Origin: Methanobacteriota archaeon
Lineage (GTDB): Archaea > JAADCQ01 > Methanopyri > Methanopyrales > Methanopyraceae
Direction: 5' to 3'
Assembly: GCA_027064305.1 (NCBI GenBank)
Contig: JAMOPY010000025.1
Coordinates: 1 to 45,993 of the forward strand
DNA length: 45,993 bases
Each line of letters begins with the position of its first letter. Positions within the stretch are counted from its first letter, which is position 1. A program made the translations under genes and the position numbers. The notes below the pieces were generated by a model, which saw only the letters and a program-made list of their open reading frames with translations, was not told the origin of the DNA and ran no database searches. Shown one piece after another: positions 1-10,169 of the stretch.

Positions 1-2276
1 GCGGCGACGGCCTGTCCCAGCGAGAGCCCGCCGTCGCCGGCCGGGACCTCGTGGTGCTCTCGGAGGCCGGGGACGCGCCGCCGGAGCTCGAGCGTGATGA
101 TCTCGTTGTTCATCACGCCGCCGGAGGCGAGGACGGGCTCGCGCTCCCGGTGTTCCTCGATGAGTCGGGCGAAGCCGCGGGCCAGGGCGAGGTGGGCGGT
201 CAGCGCGTAGGCCCGGTCCCCGGTCTCCGCGGCCCGCGCGACGGTCTCGGAGGCGTCGAGCCGGCGGCCGTGCTTTAGCTCGAACTCGGGCTCGGGCGCG
301 TCCTTCACGCGGGCCGCGACGGCCTCGAGCTTCATGGCGGGCTCGCCCTCGTACGTGCGCCTGTAGCAGACGCCCAGGCCGGCGCTGACCGCGTCGAGGA
401 AGCGGCCGGCGCTCGTGGTGAACAGCCGGGGTCGTTCCAGCTGCGACAGCAGGACCTCCAGCTCCCGCTCCCCGTGCTTGAGAGCGTCCGGGCGCTCGCG
501 GAGGTGTCGCTCGAGGAGGTCTCGTATCTCCTCCGGGTCCCGGCCGGCGGCGTGCAGGTGCGCGGCGGTCATGCGCAGGGGGTGGTGGGTGGCCGCGTCG
601 CCGCCGGGCATGGGGACGGGCTCGAGGTGGGCGAGTCGCTCGTAGTCGTCGCCCTCCAGGAGGAGGAGCTCCCCTCCCCAGGCGTTTCCGTCCTCTCCGT
701 ACCCGTATCCGTCCATCACCAGGGCGAGGAGGGGCTCTTCGGCCGGGTTGAGCCCGTGCTCGGCGGCGCAGGCGAGGGCGTGGGCGTGGTGGTGCTGGAC
801 GCGGACGAGCTCCAGGTCGTGCTCCTCGGCCCAGCGCCGGGCGAGCTGGGTGGTGGGAAAGTTGGGGTGCAGGTCGCAGGCGACGGCGTCCACGTCCTCC
901 CAGTCCAGTCGCAGGAGCCGCATCAGGTGCTCCACGGCCCGCTGAAGGAAGTCGAGGGTGGGGGCCCGGCTCGTGTTGCCGATGTGCTGGCTGAGGTACG
1001 CCCGGCCGCGGTGCAGGAGGCAGGCGGTCACGTCCAGCTCGGGCCCGACGGCGACGACGGTGAGGTCCTTCGGGGCCCAGTCGAGCTCGATGGGCTCGGG
1101 CACGTACCCGCGGGAGCGTCGGAGGGGGCGGGGTCTGCCTCCCACCGGGCGGACGACGGAGTCGTCGCAGCGGGCCGCGATCCGGCGGTCGTGGACGAGG
1201 AAGTAGTCGGCGACGCCGCTCAGCCGCCGGAGGGCGTCCCGGTTCCGGATGGCCATGGGCTCACCGGGCGGGTTGGCGGAGGTCATGACGATGGCGGGCT
1301 CGTCGAGGAACCGGCGGAACATGATGTGGTGCAGGCCCGCGTACGGGAGCATGACGCCGACGGTGTGGAGGCCGGGCGCCACGAGGTCGGAGAGCGGGAA
1401 GGGCTCGCGCTTCGGGAGCACGACGATGGGGCGGACGGGTCCGGTGAGCAGCTCCTCGGCCGCCTCGTCCACGCGGGCGAAGGTGCGGACGTCCTCGAGG
1501 GAGCCGGACATGACGGCGAAGGGCTGCTGGGGTCGGTTCAGCCGCTCTCGGAGGCGGCGTACCGGCCCGTCCTCCGTGGTCTTGCACGCCAGGTGGAAGC
1601 CGCCGATCCCCTTGATCGCGACGATGCCTCCCTCCTCGATGATCCGGCAGGCCTCGCGGATGGCGGTCAGCTCGTCGTCCTCCACGACCTCCCCCTCGGC
1701 GTCGAGCAGCCGGTAGCGCGGTCCGCACCTCGGGCAGCAGGCGACCTGGGCGTGGTACCGCCGGTCCTCGGGGTCCTCGTACTCGCGGCGGCACTCCTCG
1801 CACAGTGGGAAGTCGGCCATGGTGGTGTTTTCGCGGTCGTAGGGGATGCCCTCGATGATCGTGAATCTGGGGCCGCAGTTGGTGCAGCCGGTGAACGGGT
1901 AGAGGTACCGCCGGTCCCGGGGGTCGAACATCTCCCGGAGGCAGTCCTCGCAGACGGGGGCGTCCGGTGGGATCTGGAGCTCGACCTCGTCCCGGGCCTC
2001 GCTCCGTTCGATGCGGAAGCCGGAGCCGGGTTCGATCTCCTCGTCGCAGGGCTCGACGCGGACCTCGCGGACGCGGGCGAGCGGTGGGTGCTCGCGCTGG
2101 AGTCGCCGGACGAGCTCGCGGACCTTCTCGCGGTCCGCGAGAACGACGATCTCGACCTCGGAGCCGAGGTTCCGGACGTAGCCGTCCAGCCCCATCTCGG
2201 TGCAGAGCCGGTACGCGAAGGGGCGGAAGCCCACGCCCTGCACGATGCCCCGGACGAGGAGCCTCCAGGCCCTCAT
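1..2276 (-). CDS. hypF: Hydrogenase maturation carbamoyltransferase HypF (3' end runs off the window)
   Basis: Translated by hand from ATG at 2276 (not in the ORF track because there is no stop in the window): MRAWRLLVRGIVQGVGFRPFAYR (acylphosphatase domain), Zn fingers CEDC..YPFTGCTNCGPRF and CEEC..HAQVACCPRCGP, IKGIGGFHLAC, HHHAH, DGYGYGEDG, TSAGRFLDA, and C-terminal PAGDGGLSLGQA. Confidence 0.95.
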   Translation of the reverse strand, partial: MRAWRLLVRGIVQGVGFRPFAYRLCTEMGLDGYVRNLGSEVEIVVLADREKVRELVRRLQREHPPLARVREVRVEPCDEEIEPGSGFRIERSEARDEVELQIPPDAPVCEDCLREMFDPRDRRYLYPFTGCTNCGPRFTIIEGIPYDRENTTMADFPLCEECRREYEDPEDRRYHAQVACCPRCGPRYRLLDAEGEVVEDDELTAIREACRIIEEGGIVAIKGIGGFHLACKTTEDGPVRRLRERLNRPQQPFAVMSGSLEDVRTFARVDEAAEELLTGPVRPIVVLPKREPFPLSDLVAPGLHTVGVMLPYAGLHHIMFRRFLDEPAIVMTSANPPGEPMAIRNRDALRRLSGVADYFLVHDRRIAARCDDSVVRPVGGRPRPLRRSRGYVPEPIELDWAPKDLTVVAVGPELDVTACLLHRGRAYLSQHIGNTSRAPTLDFLQRAVEHLMRLLRLDWEDVDAVACDLHPNFPTTQLARRWAEEHDLELVRVQHHHAHALACAAEHGLNPAEEPLLALVMDGYGYGEDGNAWGGELLLLEGDDYERLAHLEPVPMPGGDAATHHPLRMTAAHLHAAGRDPEEIRDLLERHLRERPDALKHGERELEVLLSQLERPRLFTTSAGRFLDAVSAGLGVCYRRTYEGEPAMKLEAVAARVKDAPEPEFELKHGRRLDASETVARAAETGDRAYALTAHLALARGFARLIEEHREREPVLASGGVMNNEIITLELRRRVPGLREHHEVPAGDGGLSLGQAVA

Positions 2277-3397
2277 ACTCCGAACCGCTCTTCCTGCCAG
2301 TCCTGGTCCTCAAAGTACTCGGAGAGGACCTCGGCGGCGACGCTGGTGGAGACGCCGGTGCGGGCGGCCAGGTGCACGGTGGAGAGGTTCTCGCCGTGGA
2401 CGGCGAGGACGATGGGGAGCTCCCGCTCCGCCCGCTCGGCGTCGGAGGCGGCGTCCACGAGCAGGCTGATGTCCACCTCGTCCTTCCACTTCATCTTCCG
2501 GTTCACGACGCTGCGCTTCGCCAGCTTCTCGGCCACGGAGCCCCCGCGCGGGTGCTTGCTGAGGATGGCCCAGAACCCGCGCTTCAGGACGACCTCCGCG
2601 AGGACCTCCTCGTCGTCCAGCGCCCGCTCGCCGAGCCGCGTGGGCTCGCAGACCTCCGGGTCCGGGTGGACGAGGAGGTACCGGACCAGGGTCTTGTAGT
2701 ACCGCAGGAACGTGCTCTCCGACACGTCCAGCTCGGACATGACGAGCTCCGGGTCGCGCAGCTCGTCCACCAGCTCCAGCGTCTCCATCAGCGACGGTGG
2801 GGACAGCGGGTTGGTCACGTAGGGCTCCAGGGAGAGCCGCACCCGCCACTGGTGCGAGGGGAGGAGCCGCGCGTAGGCGAACCCGTGCACCGAGGCCTCC
2901 ACGAACTCGGCGTAGTCCCGCGGGGCGGAGTTGAGCGTGTACCCGATCGTCCGCCCGAGCACGCTGTTCGAGATCGAGCCCTCGGAGGTCCGGACGAAGG
3001 ACATGTCCGGGCCCGGCTGCCGCCGGATCTCCCCGTCGTTCACCAGGAGCCTGTTCAACCTCCGCAGCGCGCCCTCCAGCGTCCCCGAGTCGTGGACCGC
3101 GGCCTCGACCGGCTCCATCGTGTACTCGCCGAGCACCTCCCGGAACAGGCTCGCCTCCCGCAGGGCCGCGACCGTGAGCATCGCCCCCTCCCTCGGGTTA
3201 CTCAGCCCGGCCAGGATGTCCCGAGCCTTCTCGTACTCCCGGTGCACCAGGAGGGCGGCGGCCGTCGAGATGAGGTACTCGTACTCGTTCGCGATCCGCG
3301 CCTCCCGGATGATCCGCGCCAGCCGCTGATAGAGCGTCTTCACCTTCCGCAGCTCCGAGCGCATCTCCATCAGCGTGGCTATCGCGTCGTGATCCAA
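2273..3397 (-). CDS. Hypothetical 374-aa protein with putative winged-HTH and C-terminal HTH motifs
   Basis: Typical codon usage. TTG start 2 nt after the mmp10 stop, and its stop overlaps the hypF start (ATGA). HTH-like segments PELVMSELDVSESTFLRYYKTLVRYLLV...PTRLGERAL and LSTVHLAARTGVSTSVAAEVL. Confidence 0.75.
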   Translation of the reverse strand: MDHDAIATLMEMRSELRKVKTLYQRLARIIREARIANEYEYLISTAAALLVHREYEKARDILAGLSNPREGAMLTVAALREASLFREVLGEYTMEPVEAAVHDSGTLEGALRRLNRLLVNDGEIRRQPGPDMSFVRTSEGSISNSVLGRTIGYTLNSAPRDYAEFVEASVHGFAYARLLPSHQWRVRLSLEPYVTNPLSPPSLMETLELVDELRDPELVMSELDVSESTFLRYYKTLVRYLLVHPDPEVCEPTRLGERALDDEEVLAEVVLKRGFWAILSKHPRGGSVAEKLAKRSVVNRKMKWKDEVDISLLVDAASDAERAERELPIVLAVHGENLSTVHLAARTGVSTSVAAEVLSEYFEDQDWQEERFGV

Positions 3398-3399
3398 CG

Positions 3400-4647
3400 C
3401 TACTCCCCCATCAGGTTGACCCTTCGGATCAGCTCCTCGAACGCGTTCAGCTCGAACTCGATGACCTCCTCCCGGGTCACCTCACAACTCGCCTCGCCGT
3501 CCAGCGTGAGCCGGTCCGGCCCACGCAGCACGATCCTCTCGAAACCGTCTCGTTTTAACAGTTCCTCCGCCGTGGAATCGTGAACCAGCGCCCGTCCGGG
3601 GAGCACCACCGTCCGCTCCAGCCCGCTCACGTCCAGCCCCCGCAGATCCTCCTCGGTGATCAGGCACGCGACGTCCTTCTCCACCGCCACCACGCTCACC
3701 CGCTCCCCGCCTCGCACGTACCGAAACACCTCCTCCAGCATCGGCGCCGCCACCCGACCCGTGATCAGCGAGCACCGCACCTCCACCTCCGGCAGCAACT
3801 CCCCCAACTCCTCCCCCAGCGACCGCAGCGCGAACGGCGCCCCCGTCTCCGGGTCCCACACCGGCGTGCCCGTCACCCGGAAGGAGAACTCCTCGTGCAC
3901 CTCCGACACGATCCGCCGGAACTCCTCGATCCCGTGCGGCTCCACGTCCAGGACCGGATCGTTGCCCAGGATGATCCCGTGCTCCCGACGCGTCCCCAGC
4001 CGCATCAGCAGGAGCGCGTCGATCCCCAGCTCCTCCAACCACTCGCACGTCTCCCACAGGACCTCCCCGTCGTTCACCCCCGGAATCAGCACGGCCGCCA
4101 CCATCACCTCCCGACACTCGTCCGCGAACACCTCCAACGCCCGCAGCGAGGCCTCGGGCGAGGGATCCCGCATCCACTCCCGCCGCAGCCCCGGGTCCGC
4201 GGCGAAGAGCGTGAACGAGACCGACTCCACGCCCAACCGGCACAGCTCCTCCGCCTCCTCCGGATCCTCGAACCCCTTCCCGCTCGTGTAACCCAGCTTG
4301 AACCTCCGCAGCCCCAGCGCGTCCCGGAGCAGGCCCAGCAGCTCCGGCAACCACGGGTAGTTGCTCACGTCCCCGCCCCCGCTCACCTCCACCAGCCCGT
4401 CCTCCGGCGGGCCCTGCATGGCCACCGTCATGTGCACCGCCTGCAGCACCGCCTGCGGGGGCCGGAAGGGCCCGTGATCCTCCCACACGCGATCCCGGCA
4501 GTACTCGCACCCCACGGTCCCCGGCGGGCAGTGCCGGCACCCGAACGCCCGCTTGCGCCGCCAGTCCACGCCCCGGAAGTAGCAGTACCGGCAGAACCCG
4601 CCGCAGTCGACCCCGGGCCGACCCCCCACGTCCGCCAGTACGGGCAC
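3400..4647 (-). CDS. mmp10: Methanogenesis marker protein 10, B12-dependent radical SAM MCR arginine methyltransferase
   Basis: [20 protein letters not shown] (CX3CX2C), extra [35 protein letters not shown]. Divergent from mcrB as is usual. Start reassigned to GTG at 4647 behind GGGGTGGT. Confidence 0.92.
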   Translation of the reverse strand: MPVLADVGGRPGVDCGGFCRYCYFRGVDWRRKRAFGCRHCPPGTVGCEYCRDRVWEDHGPFRPPQAVLQAVHMTVAMQGPPEDGLVEVSGGGDVSNYPWLPELLGLLRDALGLRRFKLGYTSGKGFEDPEEAEELCRLGVESVSFTLFAADPGLRREWMRDPSPEASLRALEVFADECREVMVAAVLIPGVNDGEVLWETCEWLEELGIDALLLMRLGTRREHGIILGNDPVLDVEPHGIEEFRRIVSEVHEEFSFRVTGTPVWDPETGAPFALRSLGEELGELLPEVEVRCSLITGRVAAPMLEEVFRYVRGGERVSVVAVEKDVACLITEEDLRGLDVSGLERTVVLPGRALVHDSTAEELLKRDGFERIVLRGPDRLTLDGEASCEVTREEVIEFELNAFEELIRRVNLMGE

Positions 4648-4748
4648 CCTACCACCCCGGGCGGCTCCTCGGACCGAGGCGCCCGGCCGGGCCGTCACAT
4701 GGTTTACCCTCCTACATGATAACACGGAACCGCCGACCGGTAAATATG

Positions 4749-4762
4749 GAAACCCTTTAAAC
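4749..4762 (+). promoter_or_regulatory. BRE/TATA promoter of mcrB
   Basis: GAAACCCTTTAAAC in an AT-rich island about 40 nt upstream of the mcrB ATG. Confidence 0.75.
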
Positions 4763-4798
4763 GCGGGCCGACCCGCCGAACCCCGGGGGTCCCGCCCC

Positions 4799-6133
4799 AT
4801 GGCCCGCAGGTTCGAGGACACGGTCGACCTGTACGACGACCGGGGTAACTGCGTCGCCGAGGACGTGCCCATCGAGGTGCTCTCCCCGATGCGGAACGAG
4901 GCGATCCAGAGCATCGTCCGGGACATCAAGCGCACCGTGGCGGTCGACCTGGAGGGGATCGAGAACGCGCTCCGGAACGCCGCGGTCGGCGGCAAGATGA
5001 TGAAGATCCCGGGCCGCGAGCTGGACGTGGACGTGGTGGACAACGCCGAGGCGATCGCGGACAAGGTCGAGGAGATGATCCGCGTCCACGAGGACGACGA
5101 CACGAACGTCGAGCCCATGTACGACGGTAAGCGACTCCTGGTCCAGCTCCCGACCGAGCGCGTGGAGGTGATGGCGGACCCGTACGCCGGCACCATGCAG
5201 GCCGGCATGGCCGTCGTGCACGCGATCATCGACGTGTGCGAGGTGGACATGTGGGACGCGAACATGGTCAAGGCGGCCGTCTTCGGCCGGTACCCGCAGA
5301 CGATCGACTACCACGGCGGTAACGTCTCCTCCATGCTGGACGTCTCGATGAAGCAGGAGGGCGTGGGCTACGCGCTGCGGAACGTCATGGTCAACCACAT
5401 CGTGGCCGCCACGCGGAAGAACGCGATGCAGGCCGTGTGCCTGGCCGCGACCCTGGAGCAGACCGCCATGTTCGAGATGGGCGACGCGCTGGGCCCGTTC
5501 GAGCGCCTGCACCTGCTGGGCTACGCGTACCAGGGCCTGAACGCGGACAACATGGTCTACGAGATCGTGAAGAAGCACGGCAAGGAGGGCACCGTCGGCT
5601 CCGTCGTTCGCGAGGTCGTGGAGCGCGCGCTCGAGGACGGCGTGATCGAGGTTAAGGAGGAGCTGCCGTCCGGCTTCAAGGTCTACAAGGCCAACGACAT
5701 GGACCTCTGGAACGCGTACGCCGCGGCCGGCCTCGTCGCCGCGGTCATGGTCAACCAGGGTGCGGCCCGCGCCGCCCAGGGCGTCAGCGCGACGATCCTG
5801 TACTACAACGACCTGCTCGAGTACGAGACCGGGCTTCCGGGCGTCGACTTCGGCCGCGCCCAGGGTACCGCGGTCGGCTTCAGCTTCTTCAGCCACTCGA
5901 TCTACGGGGGCGGCGGCCCGGGTATCTTCAACGGCAACCACATCGTGACGCGGCACTCGAAGGGCTTCGCGATCCCGCCCGTGGCCGCGGCGATGGCCCT
6001 GGACGCCGGCACCCAGATGTTCAGCCCGGAGGTCACCAGCAAGCTGATCGGCGACGTGTTCGGCGAGATCGACGAGTTCCGCGAGCCGATGAAGTACATC
6101 ATGGAGGCCGCCGCCGAGGAGGCGAAGCGCTAA
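4799..6133 (+). CDS. mcrB: Methyl-coenzyme M reductase beta subunit
   Basis: [49 protein letters not shown]; 444 aa. Confidence 0.99.
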   Translation: MARRFEDTVDLYDDRGNCVAEDVPIEVLSPMRNEAIQSIVRDIKRTVAVDLEGIENALRNAAVGGKMMKIPGRELDVDVVDNAEAIADKVEEMIRVHEDDDTNVEPMYDGKRLLVQLPTERVEVMADPYAGTMQAGMAVVHAIIDVCEVDMWDANMVKAAVFGRYPQTIDYHGGNVSSMLDVSMKQEGVGYALRNVMVNHIVAATRKNAMQAVCLAATLEQTAMFEMGDALGPFERLHLLGYAYQGLNADNMVYEIVKKHGKEGTVGSVVREVVERALEDGVIEVKEELPSGFKVYKANDMDLWNAYAAAGLVAAVMVNQGAARAAQGVSATILYYNDLLEYETGLPGVDFGRAQGTAVGFSFFSHSIYGGGGPGIFNGNHIVTRHSKGFAIPPVAAAMALDAGTQMFSPEVTSKLIGDVFGEIDEFREPMKYIMEAAAEEAKR

Positions 6134-6144
6134 GGGTCCCGCCC

Positions 6145-6183
6145 CCGCACGCCCCCGGCCAATCGTTACGAAACTCGTAACGA
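6145..6183 (+). repeat. Intergenic ~40-bp element with palindrome TCGTTACGA-AAC-TCGTAACGA (copy 1)
   Basis: CCGCACGCCCCCGGCCAA-TCGTTACGA-AAC-TCGTAACGA; matches the reverse complement of 28802-28841. Confidence 0.9.
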
Positions 6184-6196
6184 GGGGGTCGACCCC

Positions 6197-6760
6197 GTGC
6201 CCGAGCGCGAGCGCCCCCGCCTGCTCGAGCGCCGGGTGCCCAAGGGGGCCAAGCCCGAGATCCAGATCTTCCCGGAGCGCCTCCTCAGCGCCAAGACCGT
6301 GGAGCGGCTGCTCAACGCGATCGTCGAGCGCGTCGACGGCATCGGCCGCATCGTCCTCCACGGGCCCGGCCTCCCCAAGGTCGTCCCCTTCGGCCCCGCC
6401 CGCGGCGAGCCCGTCAAGCACCCCGAGCGACGCCCCATCCGGATCCAGGACGAAGAGGTCCCCATGAAGGTGCAGACCGGGCAGATCATCATCGAGGTGG
6501 AGGACGAGGAGCGCCTCGACGAGATCACCGCGCAGATCGAGGAGATCTGCCGGGAGATCCTCCCCTGCGACTTCCAGGTCCAGACCGGGCGCTTCACCCG
6601 ACACCGCCCCACGGTGACCGACTACCTCAAGTTCGGGGAGAAGGGCGTGAAGGAGCTGGACGACCGCCTCCTGGGCCTCGTGGAACCCCGCGCCCGACTG
6701 TCGGACCGGGTGTCGATCCTAAAGGCGAGGAGGAACGAGGAGGAAGAGGACGAGAAGTAA
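6197..6760 (+). CDS. mcrD: Methyl-coenzyme M reductase operon protein D
   Basis: [46 protein letters not shown]; located after mcrB. Confidence 0.97.
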   Translation: MPERERPRLLERRVPKGAKPEIQIFPERLLSAKTVERLLNAIVERVDGIGRIVLHGPGLPKVVPFGPARGEPVKHPERRPIRIQDEEVPMKVQTGQIIIEVEDEERLDEITAQIEEICREILPCDFQVQTGRFTRHRPTVTDYLKFGEKGVKELDDRLLGLVEPRARLSDRVSILKARRNEEEEDEK

Positions 6761-6797
6761 GGGGGTCACCACCACGCGCGTCGGCCGGGAGACCTAC

Positions 6798-7379
6798 GTG
6801 GTCGCCTGCCGCGAGGCCATGGGCATGGGCAAGGGCGGCAGCCTCGCCCAGCGGGGCACCATCGCCGAGGCGGAGCGGAACGAGGTCATCGCCGTCGCCA
6901 TGTCCCCCGGCGCCCGGCACATCACCAAGCCCGTGTGCGAGATCACCTACGCGCTCCGCGAGGCCGGGATCCACACCAGCGTCCTCGTACTCAACGCGGG
7001 CTCCGGCGTGCCCGAGGAGGCCCCCGTCCAGACGGGCTCCACCATGGGCATCGAGCCCCGGGAGGCCGAGTACATCAACCGGCACGAGGTCGCCGTCATC
7101 CACCTCGGCAACGTCAAGCAGCACATCGTCTGGAAGGCCCGCCTCATCCTCAAGCACTGCGACGTCCGCGCCGTGATCGTCTGCCAGACGCCCGTCGACT
7201 TCGAGGACTTCGCCAAGGTCGGCTGCCGCACCCGCCTCGTCGCCCCGCCCGAGCCCGAGACCCGAGGGATCGTGGACGAGATCGTCACCGGGGTCATTCG
7301 CGGCGAGACCGTTCCCGCCTACAAGATCGAGGAGATCGTCGGGAAGGTCCGGCGCGCCCTGCGCCGCGCCCGGGCGTGA
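6798..7379 (+). CDS. mcrC: Methyl-coenzyme M reductase operon protein C
   Basis: [44 protein letters not shown]. Confidence 0.97.
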   Translation: MVACREAMGMGKGGSLAQRGTIAEAERNEVIAVAMSPGARHITKPVCEITYALREAGIHTSVLVLNAGSGVPEEAPVQTGSTMGIEPREAEYINRHEVAVIHLGNVKQHIVWKARLILKHCDVRAVIVCQTPVDFEDFAKVGCRTRLVAPPEPETRGIVDEIVTGVIRGETVPAYKIEEIVGKVRRALRRARA

Positions 7380-7451
7380 TTACCGCGACCGGGCGGTCTA
7401 AACACCGCGGTACCACGCGCCGTTCCCCAACGTAACCCCGCCCCCCTTGTC

Positions 7452-7468
7452 GAAACCCCTTTAAAATT
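7452..7468 (+). promoter_or_regulatory. Putative internal BRE/TATA promoter upstream of mcrG
   Basis: GAAACCCCTTTAAAATT, nearly identical to the mcrB promoter, in the 121-nt mcrC-mcrG spacer. Confidence 0.7.
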
Positions 7469-7500
7469 AGGCGGGGACCGCCCCACCGGGGGACTCCCGG

Positions 7501-8298
7501 ATGGCCGAGAACGTGCGCGACGAGATGGCCGAGAAGGCCCAGTTCTACCCGGGCGAGACCAAGATCGCCGAGAACCGGCGCAAGTACATGGACCCGACCC
7601 AGGAGCTGAAGCGCCTGCGCGAGATCCCCGACGAGGACATCGTCCGCCTGCTCGGCCACCGCGAGCCGGGTGAGGAGTACCCGAGCGTGCACCCGCCGCT
7701 GGAGGAGATGGAGGAGCCGGAGTGCCCGATCCGCGAGCTGGTCGAGCCCACCGAGGGGGCCAAGGCGGGCGACCGGATCCGGTACATCCAGTTCACCGAC
7801 TCCGTCTACTTCGCCCCGATCCACCCGTACATCCGCGCCCGCATGTACATGTGGCGCTACCGCGGCGTGGACACGGGCACCCTGTCCGGGCGACAGATCA
7901 TCGAGGTGCGCGAGCGCGACCTGGAGAAGATTTCCAAGGAGCTGCTCGAGACCGAGATCTTCGACCCGGCCCGGACCGGCGTCCGCGGCGCGACCGTGCA
8001 CGGTCACTCCCTGCGACTCGACGAGAACGGCCTGATGTTCGACGCGCTCCGGCGCTACCGCCTGAACGAGGAGACGGGCGAGGTTGAGTACGTCAAGGAC
8101 CAGGTGGGCGTCGAGCTGGACGAGCCCATCCCCGTGGGCAAGCCCGCGGACGAGGACGAGCTGAAGGAGCGCACGACCATCTACCGGATCGACGGCGTCC
8201 CGTACCGGGAGGACGAGGAGCTCATCCAGGTCGTCCAGCGCATCCACGAGCTCCGCACCCTCGCCGGCTACCGGCCGGATGAGGCCGAGGGCAAGTAA
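7501..8298 (+). CDS. mcrG: Methyl-coenzyme M reductase gamma subunit (alternative start at 7525)
   Basis: [53 protein letters not shown]. Confidence 0.99.
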   Translation: MAENVRDEMAEKAQFYPGETKIAENRRKYMDPTQELKRLREIPDEDIVRLLGHREPGEEYPSVHPPLEEMEEPECPIRELVEPTEGAKAGDRIRYIQFTDSVYFAPIHPYIRARMYMWRYRGVDTGTLSGRQIIEVRERDLEKISKELLETEIFDPARTGVRGATVHGHSLRLDENGLMFDALRRYRLNEETGEVEYVKDQVGVELDEPIPVGKPADEDELKERTTIYRIDGVPYREDEELIQVVQRIHELRTLAGYRPDEAEGK

Positions 8299-8339
8299 CC
8301 TCACACCCCCCTCACACGCTCCACCCCTCCGAATATTTG

Positions 8340-8354
8340 GAAACGCTTAAGAAT
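8340..8354 (+). promoter_or_regulatory. Putative internal promoter upstream of mcrA
   Basis: GAAACGCTTAAGAAT preceded by AATATTTG, resembling the AATATGGAAACCCTTTAA context upstream of mcrB. Confidence 0.55.
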
Positions 8355-8387
8355 CCGGATGAGACCCGCCGGATGGGGTGTGGCCGT

Positions 8388-10049
8388 ATGGCCGAGAAGG
8401 AAGAGAAGCTCTTCATGAAGGCCCTGAAGGAGAAGTTCGAGGAGGATCCGGAGGACGTCACCACCCACTTCTACGACTACGGCGGCTGGAAGCAGTCCGA
8501 GCGCAAGAGGGAGTTCAAGGAGTGGGCGGACAAGATCGCCGAGGAGCGTGGCATCCCGCACTACAACCCGGACATCGGCGTCCCGCTCGGCCAGCGCAAG
8601 CTGATGCCGTACCAGGTCTCCGGCACGGACGTGTTCGTCGAGGGTGACGACCTGCACTTCGTGAACAACGCCGCCATGCAGCAGATGTGGGACGACATCC
8701 GCCGCACCGTCATCGTCGGAATGGACACGGCCCACCGCGTGCTGGAGCGCCGACTGGGTAAGGAGGTCACGCCCGAGACGATCAACGAGTACATGGAGAC
8801 CCTGAACCACGCGCTGCCCGGCGGCGCGGTCGTGCAGGAGCACATGGTGGAGATCCACCCGGGCCTCACCTGGGACTGCTACGCGAAGATCATCACCGGC
8901 GACCTGGAGCTGGCCGACGAGATCGACGACCGCTTCCTGATCGACATCGAGAAGCTCTTCCCGGAGGAGCAGGCCGAGCAGCTGATCAAGGCCATCGGAG
9001 ACCGCGTGTACCAGGTCCTGCGGATGCCGACCATCGTCGGCCACATCTGCGACGGTGCGACCATGTACCGCTGGGCCGCCATGCAGATCGCGATGTCCTT
9101 CATCTGCGCGTACAAGATCGCGGCCGGAGAGGCGGCCGTGTCCGACTTCGCCTACGCGAGCAAGCACGCCGAGGTCATCAACATGGGTGAGATGCTGCCC
9201 GCCCGGCGCGCCCGCGGTGAGAACGAGCCGGGCGGCGTCCCGTTCGGCATCCTGGCCGACTGCGTCCAGACGATGCGGAAGTACCCGGACGACCCGGCCA
9301 AGGTCGCGCTGGAGGTCATCGGCGCCGGCGCGATGCTGTACGACCAGATCTGGCTGGGCTCCTACATGTCCGGCGGCGTGGGCTTCACCCAGTACGCGAC
9401 CGCGGTGTACACGGACAACATCCTGGACGACTACGTGTACTACGGCCTCGACTACGTCGAGGACAAGTACGGCCTGGCCGAGGCCGACCCGGACATGGAG
9501 GTCGTCAAGGACGTGGCCACCGAGGTGACCCTGTACGGCCTCGAGCAGTACGAGCGGTACCCGGCCGCGATGGAGACGCACTTCGGCGGCTCCCAGCGAG
9601 CCGCCGTGGTCGCGGCCGCGTCCGGCTGCAGCGTGGCGTTCGCGACCGGTCACTCGCAGGCCGGCGTGAACGGCTGGTACCTGTCGCAGCTCCTGCACAA
9701 GGAGGGTCACGGTCGACTGGGCTTCTACGGCTACGACCTGCAGGACCAGTGCGGCGCGGCCAACTCGCTGAGCGTGCGGAGCGACGAGGGCCTGCCGCTG
9801 GAGCTCCGCGGGCCCAACTACCCGAACTACGCGATGAACGTGGGTCACCTCGGCGAGTACGCGGGCATCGTCCAGGCCGCGCACGCGGCGCGCGGCGACG
9901 CGTTCTGCGTCAACCCGCTGGTGAAGGTGGCGTTCGCCGACCCGGACCTGGTCTTCGACTTCACGGAGCCGCGCAAGGAGTTCGCCAAGGGCGCGCTGCG
10001 AGAGTTCGAGCCAGCCGGCGAGCGGGACATCATCATCCCGGCCGAGTAG
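8388..10049 (+). CDS. mcrA: Methyl-coenzyme M reductase alpha subunit (553 aa)
   Basis: [83 protein letters not shown] at 8388 follows the SD GGGGTG. Confidence 0.99.
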   Translation: MAEKEEKLFMKALKEKFEEDPEDVTTHFYDYGGWKQSERKREFKEWADKIAEERGIPHYNPDIGVPLGQRKLMPYQVSGTDVFVEGDDLHFVNNAAMQQMWDDIRRTVIVGMDTAHRVLERRLGKEVTPETINEYMETLNHALPGGAVVQEHMVEIHPGLTWDCYAKIITGDLELADEIDDRFLIDIEKLFPEEQAEQLIKAIGDRVYQVLRMPTIVGHICDGATMYRWAAMQIAMSFICAYKIAAGEAAVSDFAYASKHAEVINMGEMLPARRARGENEPGGVPFGILADCVQTMRKYPDDPAKVALEVIGAGAMLYDQIWLGSYMSGGVGFTQYATAVYTDNILDDYVYYGLDYVEDKYGLAEADPDMEVVKDVATEVTLYGLEQYERYPAAMETHFGGSQRAAVVAAASGCSVAFATGHSQAGVNGWYLSQLLHKEGHGRLGFYGYDLQDQCGAANSLSVRSDEGLPLELRGPNYPNYAMNVGHLGEYAGIVQAAHAARGDAFCVNPLVKVAFADPDLVFDFTEPRKEFAKGALREFEPAGERDIIIPAE

Positions 10050-10073
10050 GCCGGGACGCCCCCAACCCCCACA

Positions 10074-10087
10074 CAACCTTTTTAAAC
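10074..10087 (+). promoter_or_regulatory. Putative TATA promoter of the mtr operon (T-run could also terminate mcr)
   Basis: CAACCTTTTTAAAC in the mcrA-mtrE spacer. Confidence 0.6.
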
Positions 10088-10169
10088 GTCGGAACCGCGG
10101 ATTGTTTCGTGGGGCGTAACGTAACCTCCGTTTACCCCCGTTCAACCTGCGTTCAGGGGGATTATCCCT

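Noticed and set aside
1261-2313. 350-aa Arg/Pro-rich minus-strand ORF
   Set aside because: Wrong frame over hypF, whose true frame is missing from the track because it has no stop in the window.
474-2699. 741-aa plus-strand ORF and similar long ORFs (4757-6604, 8301-11210, 16315-18426, 30215-32956, 35747-38248, 41720-44257)
   Set aside because: Antisense shadows of real genes caused by high GC3 and scarcity of stop codons; no recognisable motifs.
4648-5271. N-terminal extension of the 623-aa mmp10 ORF
   Set aside because: Antisense to mcrB and spans the promoter; homology starts near 4647.
6145-6183. Palindromic element as a CRISPR repeat or dif site
   Set aside because: No array, spacers or cas genes; the 9-3-9 geometry does not fit the 11-6-11 dif layout.
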